From an uncultured Nitrososphaerota archaeon (GTDB lineage: Archaea > Thermoproteota > EX4484-205 > JAAOZP01): DNA of 53,806 nucleotides. Below the pieces are notes generated by a model that did not search any database, was not told where the DNA came from, and worked only from the letters and a program-made list of their open reading frames with translations. A program made the translations under genes and the position numbers. The DNA lies in contig CAYQCW010000011.1 of assembly GCA_964416155.1 (NCBI GenBank), positions 1-53,806 of the forward strand, read 5' to 3'. Shown piece by piece: positions 1-8,958 of the stretch; position 1 is the first letter of the stretch, and each line of letters starts with the position of its first letter.

Positions 1-546
1 ATGACTATAGGTCCACCTGTAGTTAAATGCATCAGGAAGGAGACAAGGCTACCATTGGAGGCTCACCTTATGGTTGATAAGACAGAATGGTTTATTGAGG
101 AAATGGCTAAGGCAGGGGTTGATATCCTGACTATACATGTGGAGTCTACCCGCCGGCCTTTGCCCCTTTTAAGGAGAATTAGAAAGCTAGGGATTAAGCC
201 GGGGGTCTCGCTCAACCCGGCTACAAAGGTTAATAGAATCATGAGGCTGCTTGATAATATAGATATCGTCTTGGTTATGACAGTTAACCCGGGTTTCGGT
301 GCTCAACGATTCATGCTTGAAACGCTTCCAAAGATCAACGCGGTGAGGAAAAGCCTTTTTTCAAGGGGTTTGAACTATGTGGATGTTGCTGTCGACGGAG
401 GGGTGAATATTAAAACTGCGCCATTAGCCGTTAAAGCAGGGGCAACTATGCTTATAGCCGGCTCCGCAATATATGGGTCTAACAATGTTGCGAGGGCGGT
501 TAAAGATTTGAGGAAAAGTGTTGAAGGAGTATGCTGGGAGCCTTGA
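1..546 (+). CDS. rpe: Ribulose-phosphate 3-epimerase (5' end probably truncated by window edge)
   Basis: Motifs EAHLMV, TIHVE, VLVMTVNPGFGAQRF, VDGGVN, AGSAIY. The N-terminal H-x-D segment is absent, so the true start likely lies upstream. Confidence 0.93.
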   Translation: MTIGPPVVKCIRKETRLPLEAHLMVDKTEWFIEEMAKAGVDILTIHVESTRRPLPLLRRIRKLGIKPGVSLNPATKVNRIMRLLDNIDIVLVMTVNPGFGAQRFMLETLPKINAVRKSLFSRGLNYVDVAVDGGVNIKTAPLAVKAGATMLIAGSAIYGSNNVARAVKDLRKSVEGVCWEP

Positions 547-1667
547 ACCCTGCAATACTTTACGACAGCATGACTTGCGACGAGGCAGGGATAAAACTGG
601 CCGCTCGGGAGAAGGGAATAATGCTTGAGACCATGAATTTTCCAGTAACGGTAAACATGCTCGGAGGCGTTGGGAAATACTCTCCAGTTGTAAACAGGTG
701 TCAGTCTAAAGCCAGGAGGGAGAGAGCATCATTCCTGTTTGAGGAGAAAGGGTGTAGAGTGATAAATGCTTTTGAAGTTGAAACAGTCTGTAACAATAAA
801 ACGTTCACTATTGCGAAGTTCATTAGAAACGGGGTTAAAACCGTTAAGACCGCGTACGTTCCCTTCGCCGTTGAAAAAGAAGGGGATAAGCCAATATACA
901 GGGTCGAGGACATTAGGAAAGTGGTTGAAGGAATAGAGTTTTCATTCAACTATCCGTTAGTCGTTAAGCCGGAAAGAGGCAGCCGTGGGAGGAACGTCAT
1001 GCTGATTGAAGAAAGGAGTCAGCTTGAAAACGTGCTTAGAAGATGGGTTAGGAGTCTAGACAGTCCTTCAGGCTTGCTTGTACAGGGTCTTGTGAATAAG
1101 GCGTTTGACTTGAGAATAGTAGTGGCATCTTACGATGGTGCTAATCATATCTGCATAGCGTCTCTGGCAAGAGTGCCCTCTTCAAAGGAGGCTTTTGCAA
1201 CGAACACCGCCTTAGGTGCCGTGCCAGTAGGCGTGAGTATCCCTAGAAAGGTTGAGAACGAGGCTGCCAAGGCTGCGGCAGCAGTTTCTAGAAAAATAGG
1301 TGTACTCGGGGTTGACGCAATACCTGAGGCTAATATTGAGGCAGTTGAAAAAGTCGTTGAATATGCTAGGAGCCTTAAACCCGTTCACGAGAGGATTAAA
1401 AGGTTTAAGGAGTATTTTTCCAGCAGCGTCAGGCTTCCGCTGGAAAAGTTTCTGGAGGCCAGGGGGAGAATGGATGAAGCTTTCAAGGAAATGTTTAGAA
1501 CGCAGGAGTACGTTAAGCTTAGAAGCTTTCTGGAAGAAATCTTGGATGATGCAGATGTCTACTTCATCGAGGTTAATTCTCGCCCAGACTTCTATATTAA
1601 CACTAGGAACTGTACAGGGGTAGATGTTTCAGAAGCATACGTAAAATGCTTAGAGGAGATGTTTTGA
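531..1667 (+). CDS. RimK/LysX-like ATP-grasp ligase with internal insertion
   Basis: VIN..CNNK, YPLVVKPERGSRGRNV, LLVQ..DLRIVV, TNTALGA, GVDA...FIEVNSRP; overlaps the rpe stop. Confidence 0.8.
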   Translation: MLGALNPAILYDSMTCDEAGIKLAAREKGIMLETMNFPVTVNMLGGVGKYSPVVNRCQSKARRERASFLFEEKGCRVINAFEVETVCNNKTFTIAKFIRNGVKTVKTAYVPFAVEKEGDKPIYRVEDIRKVVEGIEFSFNYPLVVKPERGSRGRNVMLIEERSQLENVLRRWVRSLDSPSGLLVQGLVNKAFDLRIVVASYDGANHICIASLARVPSSKEAFATNTALGAVPVGVSIPRKVENEAAKAAAAVSRKIGVLGVDAIPEANIEAVEKVVEYARSLKPVHERIKRFKEYFSSSVRLPLEKFLEARGRMDEAFKEMFRTQEYVKLRSFLEEILDDADVYFIEVNSRPDFYINTRNCTGVDVSEAYVKCLEEMF

Positions 1668-1682
1668 AAAAATTTTCGATGG

Positions 1683-2861
1683 TCATATTGTAAATCCGAG
1701 AAGCAAGAACTTTGCGGCAGCGTACGCACCTACGAAAAGTATAGCTTTGACCCAGTGGAATTCATGAATAACTCTGAGTGCTATGGCAAAAAGGAGAAAC
1801 TGCCATATTGATATGACTATGATTAGAACCTGAACTATTGGGCTAATCTTCTCGTTTATAAGGTTAACTAGAGGCTGTGGATCAGGGCATTGCGCCACCT
1901 CCGTGTAGAAGCTTGAAGAAACCCCGTAGGTTTCTGTCTTTACACCCGCCTCATAGATGTTCAAAGCTACGATGTATGGTATAGACATGTTTTCCTGAAC
2001 CGGCGAGACATACGTGTTGTTCAGAAGCAGAGTTAAGTCGACAGTAAATCTCTTAACGCAGTTCCCTTCACAGTAGTCGTCGCTGTCGAAAATGTTTTTC
2101 ATTATTAACGGAGTATCATGGTTTAAACTGGTTCCGTTCAGCCAGACGCGTTTCACAGTCTTATTAATTCCTGACAAGGTTGTTGAAGCATAAGTAATGT
2201 TGATTTCCCCCTCCACTATTCTAGTGGCTCCGATTATAACGCCACTTCTTATCGTCGCGTTTAACGGAATACTGTAGTAACCTCTTACCCTTATCGTCAA
2301 ATTAGAATCCGCCCCCGTGTAATTCCTTAAACCTATGAGTATGTCGTCCCTAGGTTGGCTCCTCGCAGGATAGCCCACAAGCGTGAGAACCCCCGTGGGA
2401 ACAGGCGGAGTAGAGACGATCAACAGGATGATGATCACTAAGCCTAGAACATTGGGAAGATGCGCGTAGCCTGTTACGGAAATACCCTGCTTAAAGTCTC
2501 CGTATCCGCCTAAAAATCTTCCACTCGAGAAAATAAGCAACAATAGGAGTACGCTGAACAACACTATAACTATGTATTGCATTAAGCGGAATTGGATGAG
2601 GCTGTTTATGAAAGAGTCTATCTGCCCCGTGTAGAGTGCCGCCGGAATATTCATTTTCACCCTGTAGAAAACATGGTATTGGGCGAAAGTTAGGATTATG
2701 AGGATCGGCGGGATTACTATTAATGGAAGAAAGCTGGGCGAATCTTTGACTTTGAGAAACGCTTCCTTAGGGTTTATAATTGTTAACAACATTTGTCTTA
2801 AGAGACTGAGTAGAGGCGGCCCCTCTTTTTCCTTCTTCAAACCCTCTTGCTCAACAGACAA
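1683..2861 (-). CDS. Yip1-family membrane protein with large extracytoplasmic insert
   Basis: N-terminal NPKEAF, GG.GDFKQ..SVTGYAHLP, C-terminal W...L.AIALR.IHEF.WVKA; about 5 TM with a long soluble insert. Confidence 0.7.
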   Translation of the reverse strand: MSVEQEGLKKEKEGPPLLSLLRQMLLTIINPKEAFLKVKDSPSFLPLIVIPPILIILTFAQYHVFYRVKMNIPAALYTGQIDSFINSLIQFRLMQYIVIVLFSVLLLLLIFSSGRFLGGYGDFKQGISVTGYAHLPNVLGLVIIILLIVSTPPVPTGVLTLVGYPARSQPRDDILIGLRNYTGADSNLTIRVRGYYSIPLNATIRSGVIIGATRIVEGEINITYASTTLSGINKTVKRVWLNGTSLNHDTPLIMKNIFDSDDYCEGNCVKRFTVDLTLLLNNTYVSPVQENMSIPYIVALNIYEAGVKTETYGVSSSFYTEVAQCPDPQPLVNLINEKISPIVQVLIIVISIWQFLLFAIALRVIHEFHWVKAILFVGAYAAAKFLLLGFTI

Positions 2862-2951
2862 TTTTGACTGTTCTTCACCTTAGCCATTATTAAACTTTTT
2901 ATAAAGCGCACGTTGGAAAAGTTTATTTGAAAACTAGCATAGAAACATTGC

Positions 2952-4304
2952 GTGATAAGGCCCAGCCGCCAGAATGGCGCCCATTGGATTTTCGAGTATT
3001 ACTCTCAACCGAGAGTCATGCGGGAGCTCTTCGATTACGGTAGAGACAGGTGGATAGCTGTTGAAGGCAGCTCTAAGGGAAGGGTCTTCATAAGGCATGG
3101 CAGGGATGGGGTGCCGCTTAGATTCGAGGATTCAAGCAGCGTCAACAGACTGCTTAAAGAATTCTGGTTTGTTAAGCCTAGGTCCTTCTATGGTTCGGCC
3201 AACAAATACGGTAGGCTTTCTGCAAACGAGGACTTGGAGGATGTCTCCAACATTCTCCGCTCAACCCCAACTTGGGATGTTGATAATGATGTTGATAAGT
3301 GGCGTGAAACCCTGGCTGTTTGCAGGCTGATAGTTGACGTGCTTGAAAAGGAGAACGTTGCGAAGTCAGTATATCTAAAATGGAGTGGGAGAGGGTGTCA
3401 CGTGCACGTTTCCGAAGAAGCATTCTCGCAGGAGCTTAAAAAGCATCATCCTCTTGACGCTGCTTTCGCAGTAGTCGAGTATGTCACTAGGATGGTTAAG
3501 CCTAGGCTTCCGGCTTTAGCTACCGACGCCAAGATTGAGAACAAGATGGATTTGAAACGGGTTTTCACCCTTCCGCTCTCCCTCCACAGGGAGCTGGATT
3601 ACTCATGCGTCTGCTTCAAACCTGATGAGATAAACGACTTTGATCTTTCATGGGCTAACCCGGGGAACTTCAAGCATAGAGCGGTTTACATGGATTTTGA
3701 AGCAGGAGAGGCTGATGAGCTTGCTGAAAAAGCTTTATCTTCGGTCGGAGGGTATTTCAAGAGGGTGGCTCCGATGCCTTCTGGAAGCGTTAGGAGCGGG
3801 GAGGGGGAAACACCCAGGCTTGGAAGGTTCCAAGTTATGGGGTTGCTGCAGGCTGCGCGATGCTTCCTTTTAACTAGAGATATTGAAAAATCCAAGTCCT
3901 TCGGTTTGAACAGGGCAATATTCTACGCTTGGGCCAAGCAGAGAGGGGTTGAGGCGAAGAAGGCTGCCGGTCGAAGGGAGACTGTTAAACCCCTTAAACC
4001 GGTTGAGGAGAGAAACGTTTTCCAACTGGGGAACGAGGTTGCATACTTGTCCGAAGACGGGTGGCTAATAATAGGTGGCACCATACAGACTCCACGAGAC
4101 TATGATGAGCATATAGCTAGAAGGATAAACGACGTAGTGCATTATGAAGAAGCCTGGAGGAGGGCTCTCGAGTATCTTAAAGAGTTTCCGCAGGAGGTTC
4201 TTCTCGATCAACAGAGGTTTTTCAACCAAGTTTACAAGCCGGTGAGAGACTCTTTCGTCGAAACCGTTTACAGAAGGGAAGGCAGGTTAAAGAAGCTACG
4301 TTAA
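2952..4304 (+). CDS. Archaeo-eukaryotic primase (AEP)-superfamily protein fused to a C-terminal domain of unknown function
   Basis: AEP motif I WDVDND, motif II KWSGRGCHVHV, motif III region KMDLKRVFTLPLSLH; a second domain begins RFQVMGLLQAAR. Confidence 0.75.
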   Translation: MIRPSRQNGAHWIFEYYSQPRVMRELFDYGRDRWIAVEGSSKGRVFIRHGRDGVPLRFEDSSSVNRLLKEFWFVKPRSFYGSANKYGRLSANEDLEDVSNILRSTPTWDVDNDVDKWRETLAVCRLIVDVLEKENVAKSVYLKWSGRGCHVHVSEEAFSQELKKHHPLDAAFAVVEYVTRMVKPRLPALATDAKIENKMDLKRVFTLPLSLHRELDYSCVCFKPDEINDFDLSWANPGNFKHRAVYMDFEAGEADELAEKALSSVGGYFKRVAPMPSGSVRSGEGETPRLGRFQVMGLLQAARCFLLTRDIEKSKSFGLNRAIFYAWAKQRGVEAKKAAGRRETVKPLKPVEERNVFQLGNEVAYLSEDGWLIIGGTIQTPRDYDEHIARRINDVVHYEEAWRRALEYLKEFPQEVLLDQQRFFNQVYKPVRDSFVETVYRREGRLKKLR

Positions 4305-4374
4305 GGATTAGAAATGGTTAATTGTGTCGATGGACACATAGCCCCATAATTTCAGGGTTTAGTTACCCAGGTTT

Positions 4375-5682
4375 TTATTTCACGACTTTCCTCAACGGAT
4401 CTGTCTCGACGTATTTTATCAGAATCAGTAGGCAAGGAACTAAGGTTATTGAAGACACTGGACCCCAAAGTAGCAGCCCCATAGAGTAGCTCTGACCCGC
4501 GACTGGAGGCAAGTCTGCTAGGAGGCCAGATATGTAGCGGGCTAAGGCTTGCAGAATGTTCAGCGGCACGCTTACTAAGCCCACGTAGCTCCCTGCGCGG
4601 GCCTCCTTCTTCATGATCTCGTCTTCCTGTGCCATGTCTGCTGTAACGGGGTTCGGCAATAAGTACCAGCCTGAAATTCCTGCTCCTACGAATGAGACGA
4701 ACAGGACTGCTTGAACCACGCGGGGGGCAGGGTCTAGGGCCGGCTGGCCGAAGACCAGAGTAAGAGGCAGAAAGATTACAAGAATCATGAGAGACATTAC
4801 TAGCGGCCTCTTCTTCCCGGTTTTCCTCGCTATCCTAGCCCATGCGAAGAAAAGCACTACTGTTAAAAGGAGCATTAGGCCTCCTGCCATCATGTATTCA
4901 ACATCTCCTAGACCTAGAACCCTCTGCAAATAGCTGATAACTAGGCTTCCGAGAATAGCCGTCGGAATCGACATGGCTCCTTGAAGGGCAAGCCAAGCCC
5001 GGTAGTTCCTATTGCTCCAAAGTATGGTCAGCTCTCTTCGAACATTTGGCTTCGGAATCAGTTTCTCCTCCTCCTTTATCGTGAAGACAGCCGGCACGTA
5101 TAGTGCTATCTCTAAACCAGCTAGACCCAGTAACAACCCCAGATAAGAAAAGGAGTCGATTTTCAGAAGGGAAGGAAGCATGAAGCCAACAGGTATTCCG
5201 ACGACCTGCGCCATCATGCCGAAAATATTCTGGTATGCTGAAACCGTTACTCGTTCTTCAGGGTTAACAATTTCCGCAAGCCACGCCACATATGGGGTAC
5301 TTAGAAGCCCATAGCTCATGTTTGCAAGGCTGATGAAGAAAGTAGCGTAGGCGAACAACAGTGTTTCGTCATAAACAGGTATGAAGTAGCTTGGCACGAA
5401 TATCATGATGGTCGAAAACGCTAGAAGCAGGCTGCCGGCTAAAACATACTGTCTGCGTCTCCCCCATCTCTTTGACCGGGTTATGTCACTTAGATAGCCG
5501 AAGTACCAGCCGAAGAATGCTATGACGAGCTTCCCGATGGCGAATGCTACGCCAGTTAAAAAACCACTCAACTTTAGAAAATCCCAGTAGAACCAGAATG
5601 TCGCAAGATCTATGAGAGACAAGAGGGTTGAGGAACCGAGTCTTCCCATCGCATAAATCAGCTTTCCCCTCCTAGTCAACAA
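4375..5682 (-). CDS. MFS transporter, glycoside-pentoside-hexuronide (MelB-like) family
   Basis: GYLSDITRSKRWGRRR, PYVAWLAEI..PEER, ADMAQEDE...R.G.Y; about 12 TM. Confidence 0.85.
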   Translation of the reverse strand: MLTRRGKLIYAMGRLGSSTLLSLIDLATFWFYWDFLKLSGFLTGVAFAIGKLVIAFFGWYFGYLSDITRSKRWGRRRQYVLAGSLLLAFSTIMIFVPSYFIPVYDETLLFAYATFFISLANMSYGLLSTPYVAWLAEIVNPEERVTVSAYQNIFGMMAQVVGIPVGFMLPSLLKIDSFSYLGLLLGLAGLEIALYVPAVFTIKEEEKLIPKPNVRRELTILWSNRNYRAWLALQGAMSIPTAILGSLVISYLQRVLGLGDVEYMMAGGLMLLLTVVLFFAWARIARKTGKKRPLVMSLMILVIFLPLTLVFGQPALDPAPRVVQAVLFVSFVGAGISGWYLLPNPVTADMAQEDEIMKKEARAGSYVGLVSVPLNILQALARYISGLLADLPPVAGQSYSMGLLLWGPVSSITLVPCLLILIKYVETDPLRKVVK

Positions 5683-5819
5683 CCATGGTTCACCACTGTA
5701 ATAAGCTGCAACATACGTATATAATGTTTTGTAAAACTAATTAGCGTGTGCCAATAGCCCTGAGAAAATCACGGAAGAACAACCAGTATCCTTAAGCAAG
5801 GACTTTTCGAAATCACTTT

Positions 5820-6500
5820 TTGCGAGCCACTTTTAAATACCGTTTAAGCTACTTCAACCCGGTGAATGGAAAAGTGAGGATTGAGCCTAGGAAAACTACG
5901 GAAATAGACGTTGTAGAGGAAGACCTCTTCGTCGGGAAACAATCAACCATCAAGGCGAAAACTGGCGAGCTAATCGTTGTGAAGGGGAATGTGGAGTTTG
6001 AAGGGGATTGCAACATTCTTTCCAGCCTGCATGCTTACAGCCTTAGTCTTGAAAACGGCGGGAAGATTAATGTTCAGGGTGATCTTATTGTTGAGAAATC
6101 CATCAGGCTTGAGGGTGGCGAGCTACGGGTAAGTGGAAGGCTTGAAGCCGAGGATGTGGATGTTGGGAAAGTGGTTAAGGCGGGTAAGGGTTTGAAATGC
6201 AGAAGTATAGGTGTTGGAGGGTTTTTAGAATCAGGAGGCGACTTGGATGCTGAAAACATAAGCGTAGGTGGAACTATATCTGTTCAGGGGAATGTGAAGG
6301 GTAATAAGCTTGGTGTAGGAGGCACGCTGACTGTTAAGGGTTTAACGGAGCTTGAGAAGCTTGATGTAGGCGGCGTGGCGAAAATCAGTGGGGGGAGAAT
6401 ACTAGATATAAATGTAGGAGGAGTTTTCGAATCGGCTGGAAGGCTGGTTTTCGAGAAATTGAATGTTGGGGGAGTTGCGAAGCTGGAGGTGGTGGATTAA
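5820..6500 (+). CDS. Bactofilin-like / polymer-forming beta-helix protein, N-terminal part
   Basis: Tandem 16-17 aa repeats starting VGG; true start probably a downstream GTG (5862 or 5874). Confidence 0.7.
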   Translation: MRATFKYRLSYFNPVNGKVRIEPRKTTEIDVVEEDLFVGKQSTIKAKTGELIVVKGNVEFEGDCNILSSLHAYSLSLENGGKINVQGDLIVEKSIRLEGGELRVSGRLEAEDVDVGKVVKAGKGLKCRSIGVGGFLESGGDLDAENISVGGTISVQGNVKGNKLGVGGTLTVKGLTELEKLDVGGVAKISGGRILDINVGGVFESAGRLVFEKLNVGGVAKLEVVD

Positions 6501-6502
6501 GA

Positions 6503-7099
6503 ATGGCTGTGAAAGGAACACATGTTTCAGTCGGCGGCATTCTGGATGTGGATGGGAGCATAGAGGTTGATGAAGTAAAGGTTGGAGGAACAGTCGCGAT
6601 CAAAGGCTTCGTGAAGGCAAAGGACGTGTCGGTTGGCGGAAGGCTGAAAGTGAATGGGGATGCTTCGGTTGAAGATAGGCTGGAGGTAGGCGGGGTGGTG
6701 AAGATAAGCGGTGAGTTGAAAGCTGGCACTGTAAAAGTGGGCGGTGCTTTAGAGGCTGATGTCTGTTTTGCAGCTCATGTTGAGGTCGGTGGGAAAGTGG
6801 AGACCAGACGGGGTTCCAAGTCTAAAACGTTTAAAATAGGGAGAAACGGTAGAGTCATAGGACTTGTTGTTGCTGAGGACGTGAAAATAGGTCATGGTGC
6901 AAGTGTTGAGGATGTTTATGCTGGCCGACTTGAGCTCGGGGCGCATTCTTCAGCCCGCAATGTTTACGCGAGGGAAGCCTATTTAAAACAGGGCTGCAGG
7001 GTTGCCGGTGAACTCCTCTATGTTGAGAAGCTGGAATTGGAGCACGCGGTACAGGTGAACTCTAGGAAAGTGGAGACGCTGCCTGAGCCTCCCATTTAG
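6503..7099 (+). CDS. Bactofilin-like beta-helix protein, C-terminal part
   Basis: Continues the VGG repeat register 2 nt after the upstream stop; C-terminal capping strands (GELLYVEKLEL). Confidence 0.7.
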   Translation: MAVKGTHVSVGGILDVDGSIEVDEVKVGGTVAIKGFVKAKDVSVGGRLKVNGDASVEDRLEVGGVVKISGELKAGTVKVGGALEADVCFAAHVEVGGKVETRRGSKSKTFKIGRNGRVIGLVVAEDVKIGHGASVEDVYAGRLELGAHSSARNVYAREAYLKQGCRVAGELLYVEKLELEHAVQVNSRKVETLPEPPI

Positions 7100-7150
7100 A
7101 GGTCTTCCTTAACTTTTTATAGTTGCAACTGGTGATAAAGGTGGAGATGC

Positions 7151-7411
7151 ATGGGTAAAGCTAAGAGGCATAGGCTCCAACTGTATGCAGATATTCTTAG
7201 GACTCTGAAGGTTCATGGAGAGGGGTGTGGAATAACAAGACTATCTTATGGGGCCAACATGCCTCTGGACAGGGTTAAGAAGCTCGTTGGAGAACTGCTT
7301 TCCCACGGGTTGATAGCTAAAAGAACTGATGACCCGAAGATGTTCGTCTTAACGACTAGGGGAATGGAGTTTTTAGATGCTTTCGACAAGCTTTCTATCT
7401 TCCTCGAATAA
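7151..7411 (+). CDS. Small winged-helix transcription regulator (archaeal HTH_45-like)
   Basis: R.RLQLYADIL, TRLSYGANM, L...GLI, LTTRGMEFL; TATA-like TTTTATA upstream. Confidence 0.85.
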   Translation: MGKAKRHRLQLYADILRTLKVHGEGCGITRLSYGANMPLDRVKKLVGELLSHGLIAKRTDDPKMFVLTTRGMEFLDAFDKLSIFLE

Positions 7412-7519
7412 CCCAGCGCATCCATCACCTGGCTTGAAAACGCCATACCTATTTGGTCATCCTCTAAGCGAAATTTTATTTAAGTATCAGTATTGGTCTG
7501 TTGAAAGAGTAAAAGCAAG

Positions 7520-8854
7520 ATGAATATGTTTACGGATGAAATGAGGGCTGCTGAGAAGTTTATACGCGAATGGAAGGGAGACTCCTATCTCTTTGGAGAG
7601 ACTGTGCTCAATAGGGTTGGTAGCCTTATAGGAGAATACGGTTATAATGCTCTGCTAGTGGTGTCAAGCGCTAACCCTTGGATCCATAAGCCTCTGACAA
7701 GGGTTTCCGCCTCACTTGAGAAGGAGGGAATTAAGCATGATGTGGTTCTGGGCGCTAGGCCCAACTCTCCTCTAGCTGATCTTTACAGGATAGCTTATCA
7801 TGTAGCACTTTATAGGCCCCGAAGCCTCATCGCGCTCGGAGGAGGCAGCACAATAGACGCGGTTAAGGCTGCCAGCGTCTTAGCCACGTATTCTCCAGCT
7901 GAAGTGAGCAGCGTATTGGACGTCAGCTGGGATAAGGCGTGCACAATAGAGCCGTATTTCGGCACTGGTCTCGTCACCATGATGAGGAAGGCAACAGGCA
8001 GAGACATCATACCGGTTATTGCAGTGCAAACAGCCTCAGGCTCCGCCTCTCACCTGACTAAGTATTCGAACATAACTGACCCTGTAGCAGGGCAGAAGAA
8101 GCTCATTGTTGACGAGGCCATAGTTCCGAAAAAAGCCGTCTTCGACTATCTCGTGACGCTCGGTGCGCCCCGCGACCTGACTGTAGATGGGGCTCTCGAC
8201 GGCATTTCCCACATCTGGGAAGTATTCATGGGGGCAACCAGCAAAGAATACTACGGCAGGATAAAGGAGATCGCTCAGGTCGGGATCAGGCTCATAGTGA
8301 ACAGTCTTAAACCAGCCGTAGAGAGGAACGATTTGAAGGCCAGGGTTGCTCTCGGACTCGGAACCGATTTGGGAGGATACGCTATAATGATAGGTGGAAC
8401 CAGCGGCCCTCACCTAGGTAGTTTTTCGCTAGTCGACATTCTAACGCACGGAAGGGCTTGCGCGATTCTCAACCCCTACTATACATTTTTCTTTGCTGAC
8501 AGGATAGAGGATCAGCTCACGGCTATTGCTCCAATACTTAGGGATGCAGGCCTCATAAGCGAGGACCTGAATCATCTAAAGGGTAGGAAGCTGGCCGAAG
8601 CCGTTGCTAAGGGTTTCCTTTCTTTCTACAGGTCCATAGGGGTTCCGACTACGCTGAGGGAGGCCGGGGCTTCAAGGCTTCACTTAGAACGTATGATGCT
8701 TGCAGCAAAAGACCCACAGCTAAAGATGAAGCTGCTCAACATGCCGGTGCCGTTAGACCCTGAAAAAGGGGATATAGAGAGATATATGAAGGGGATATTG
8801 AAGGCAGCGTTTACTGGAGACCTTAGCCTAATAAGCAAAATGAGACCCAGTTAG
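7520..8854 (+). CDS. Iron-containing alcohol dehydrogenase family protein
   Basis: PNSP, ALGGGSTIDAVK, DGISH, GPH..., THGRAC metal ligands. Confidence 0.85.
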   Translation: MNMFTDEMRAAEKFIREWKGDSYLFGETVLNRVGSLIGEYGYNALLVVSSANPWIHKPLTRVSASLEKEGIKHDVVLGARPNSPLADLYRIAYHVALYRPRSLIALGGGSTIDAVKAASVLATYSPAEVSSVLDVSWDKACTIEPYFGTGLVTMMRKATGRDIIPVIAVQTASGSASHLTKYSNITDPVAGQKKLIVDEAIVPKKAVFDYLVTLGAPRDLTVDGALDGISHIWEVFMGATSKEYYGRIKEIAQVGIRLIVNSLKPAVERNDLKARVALGLGTDLGGYAIMIGGTSGPHLGSFSLVDILTHGRACAILNPYYTFFFADRIEDQLTAIAPILRDAGLISEDLNHLKGRKLAEAVAKGFLSFYRSIGVPTTLREAGASRLHLERMMLAAKDPQLKMKLLNMPVPLDPEKGDIERYMKGILKAAFTGDLSLISKMRPS

Positions 8855-8958
8855 GATTTTTAATGATGCGTGATCCAGCGGTATAAATCACTGAAAACCA
8901 GCCTAGTGCCCCAGCTAAACTAGGTGGCGACAGTAATGCTTAATAATGTTTTTCAATC

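Noticed and set aside
6465-6530. Bulge-helix-bulge intron at the bactofilin junction
   Set aside because: I could not find convincing BHB pairing by eye; kept only as a low-probability alternative.
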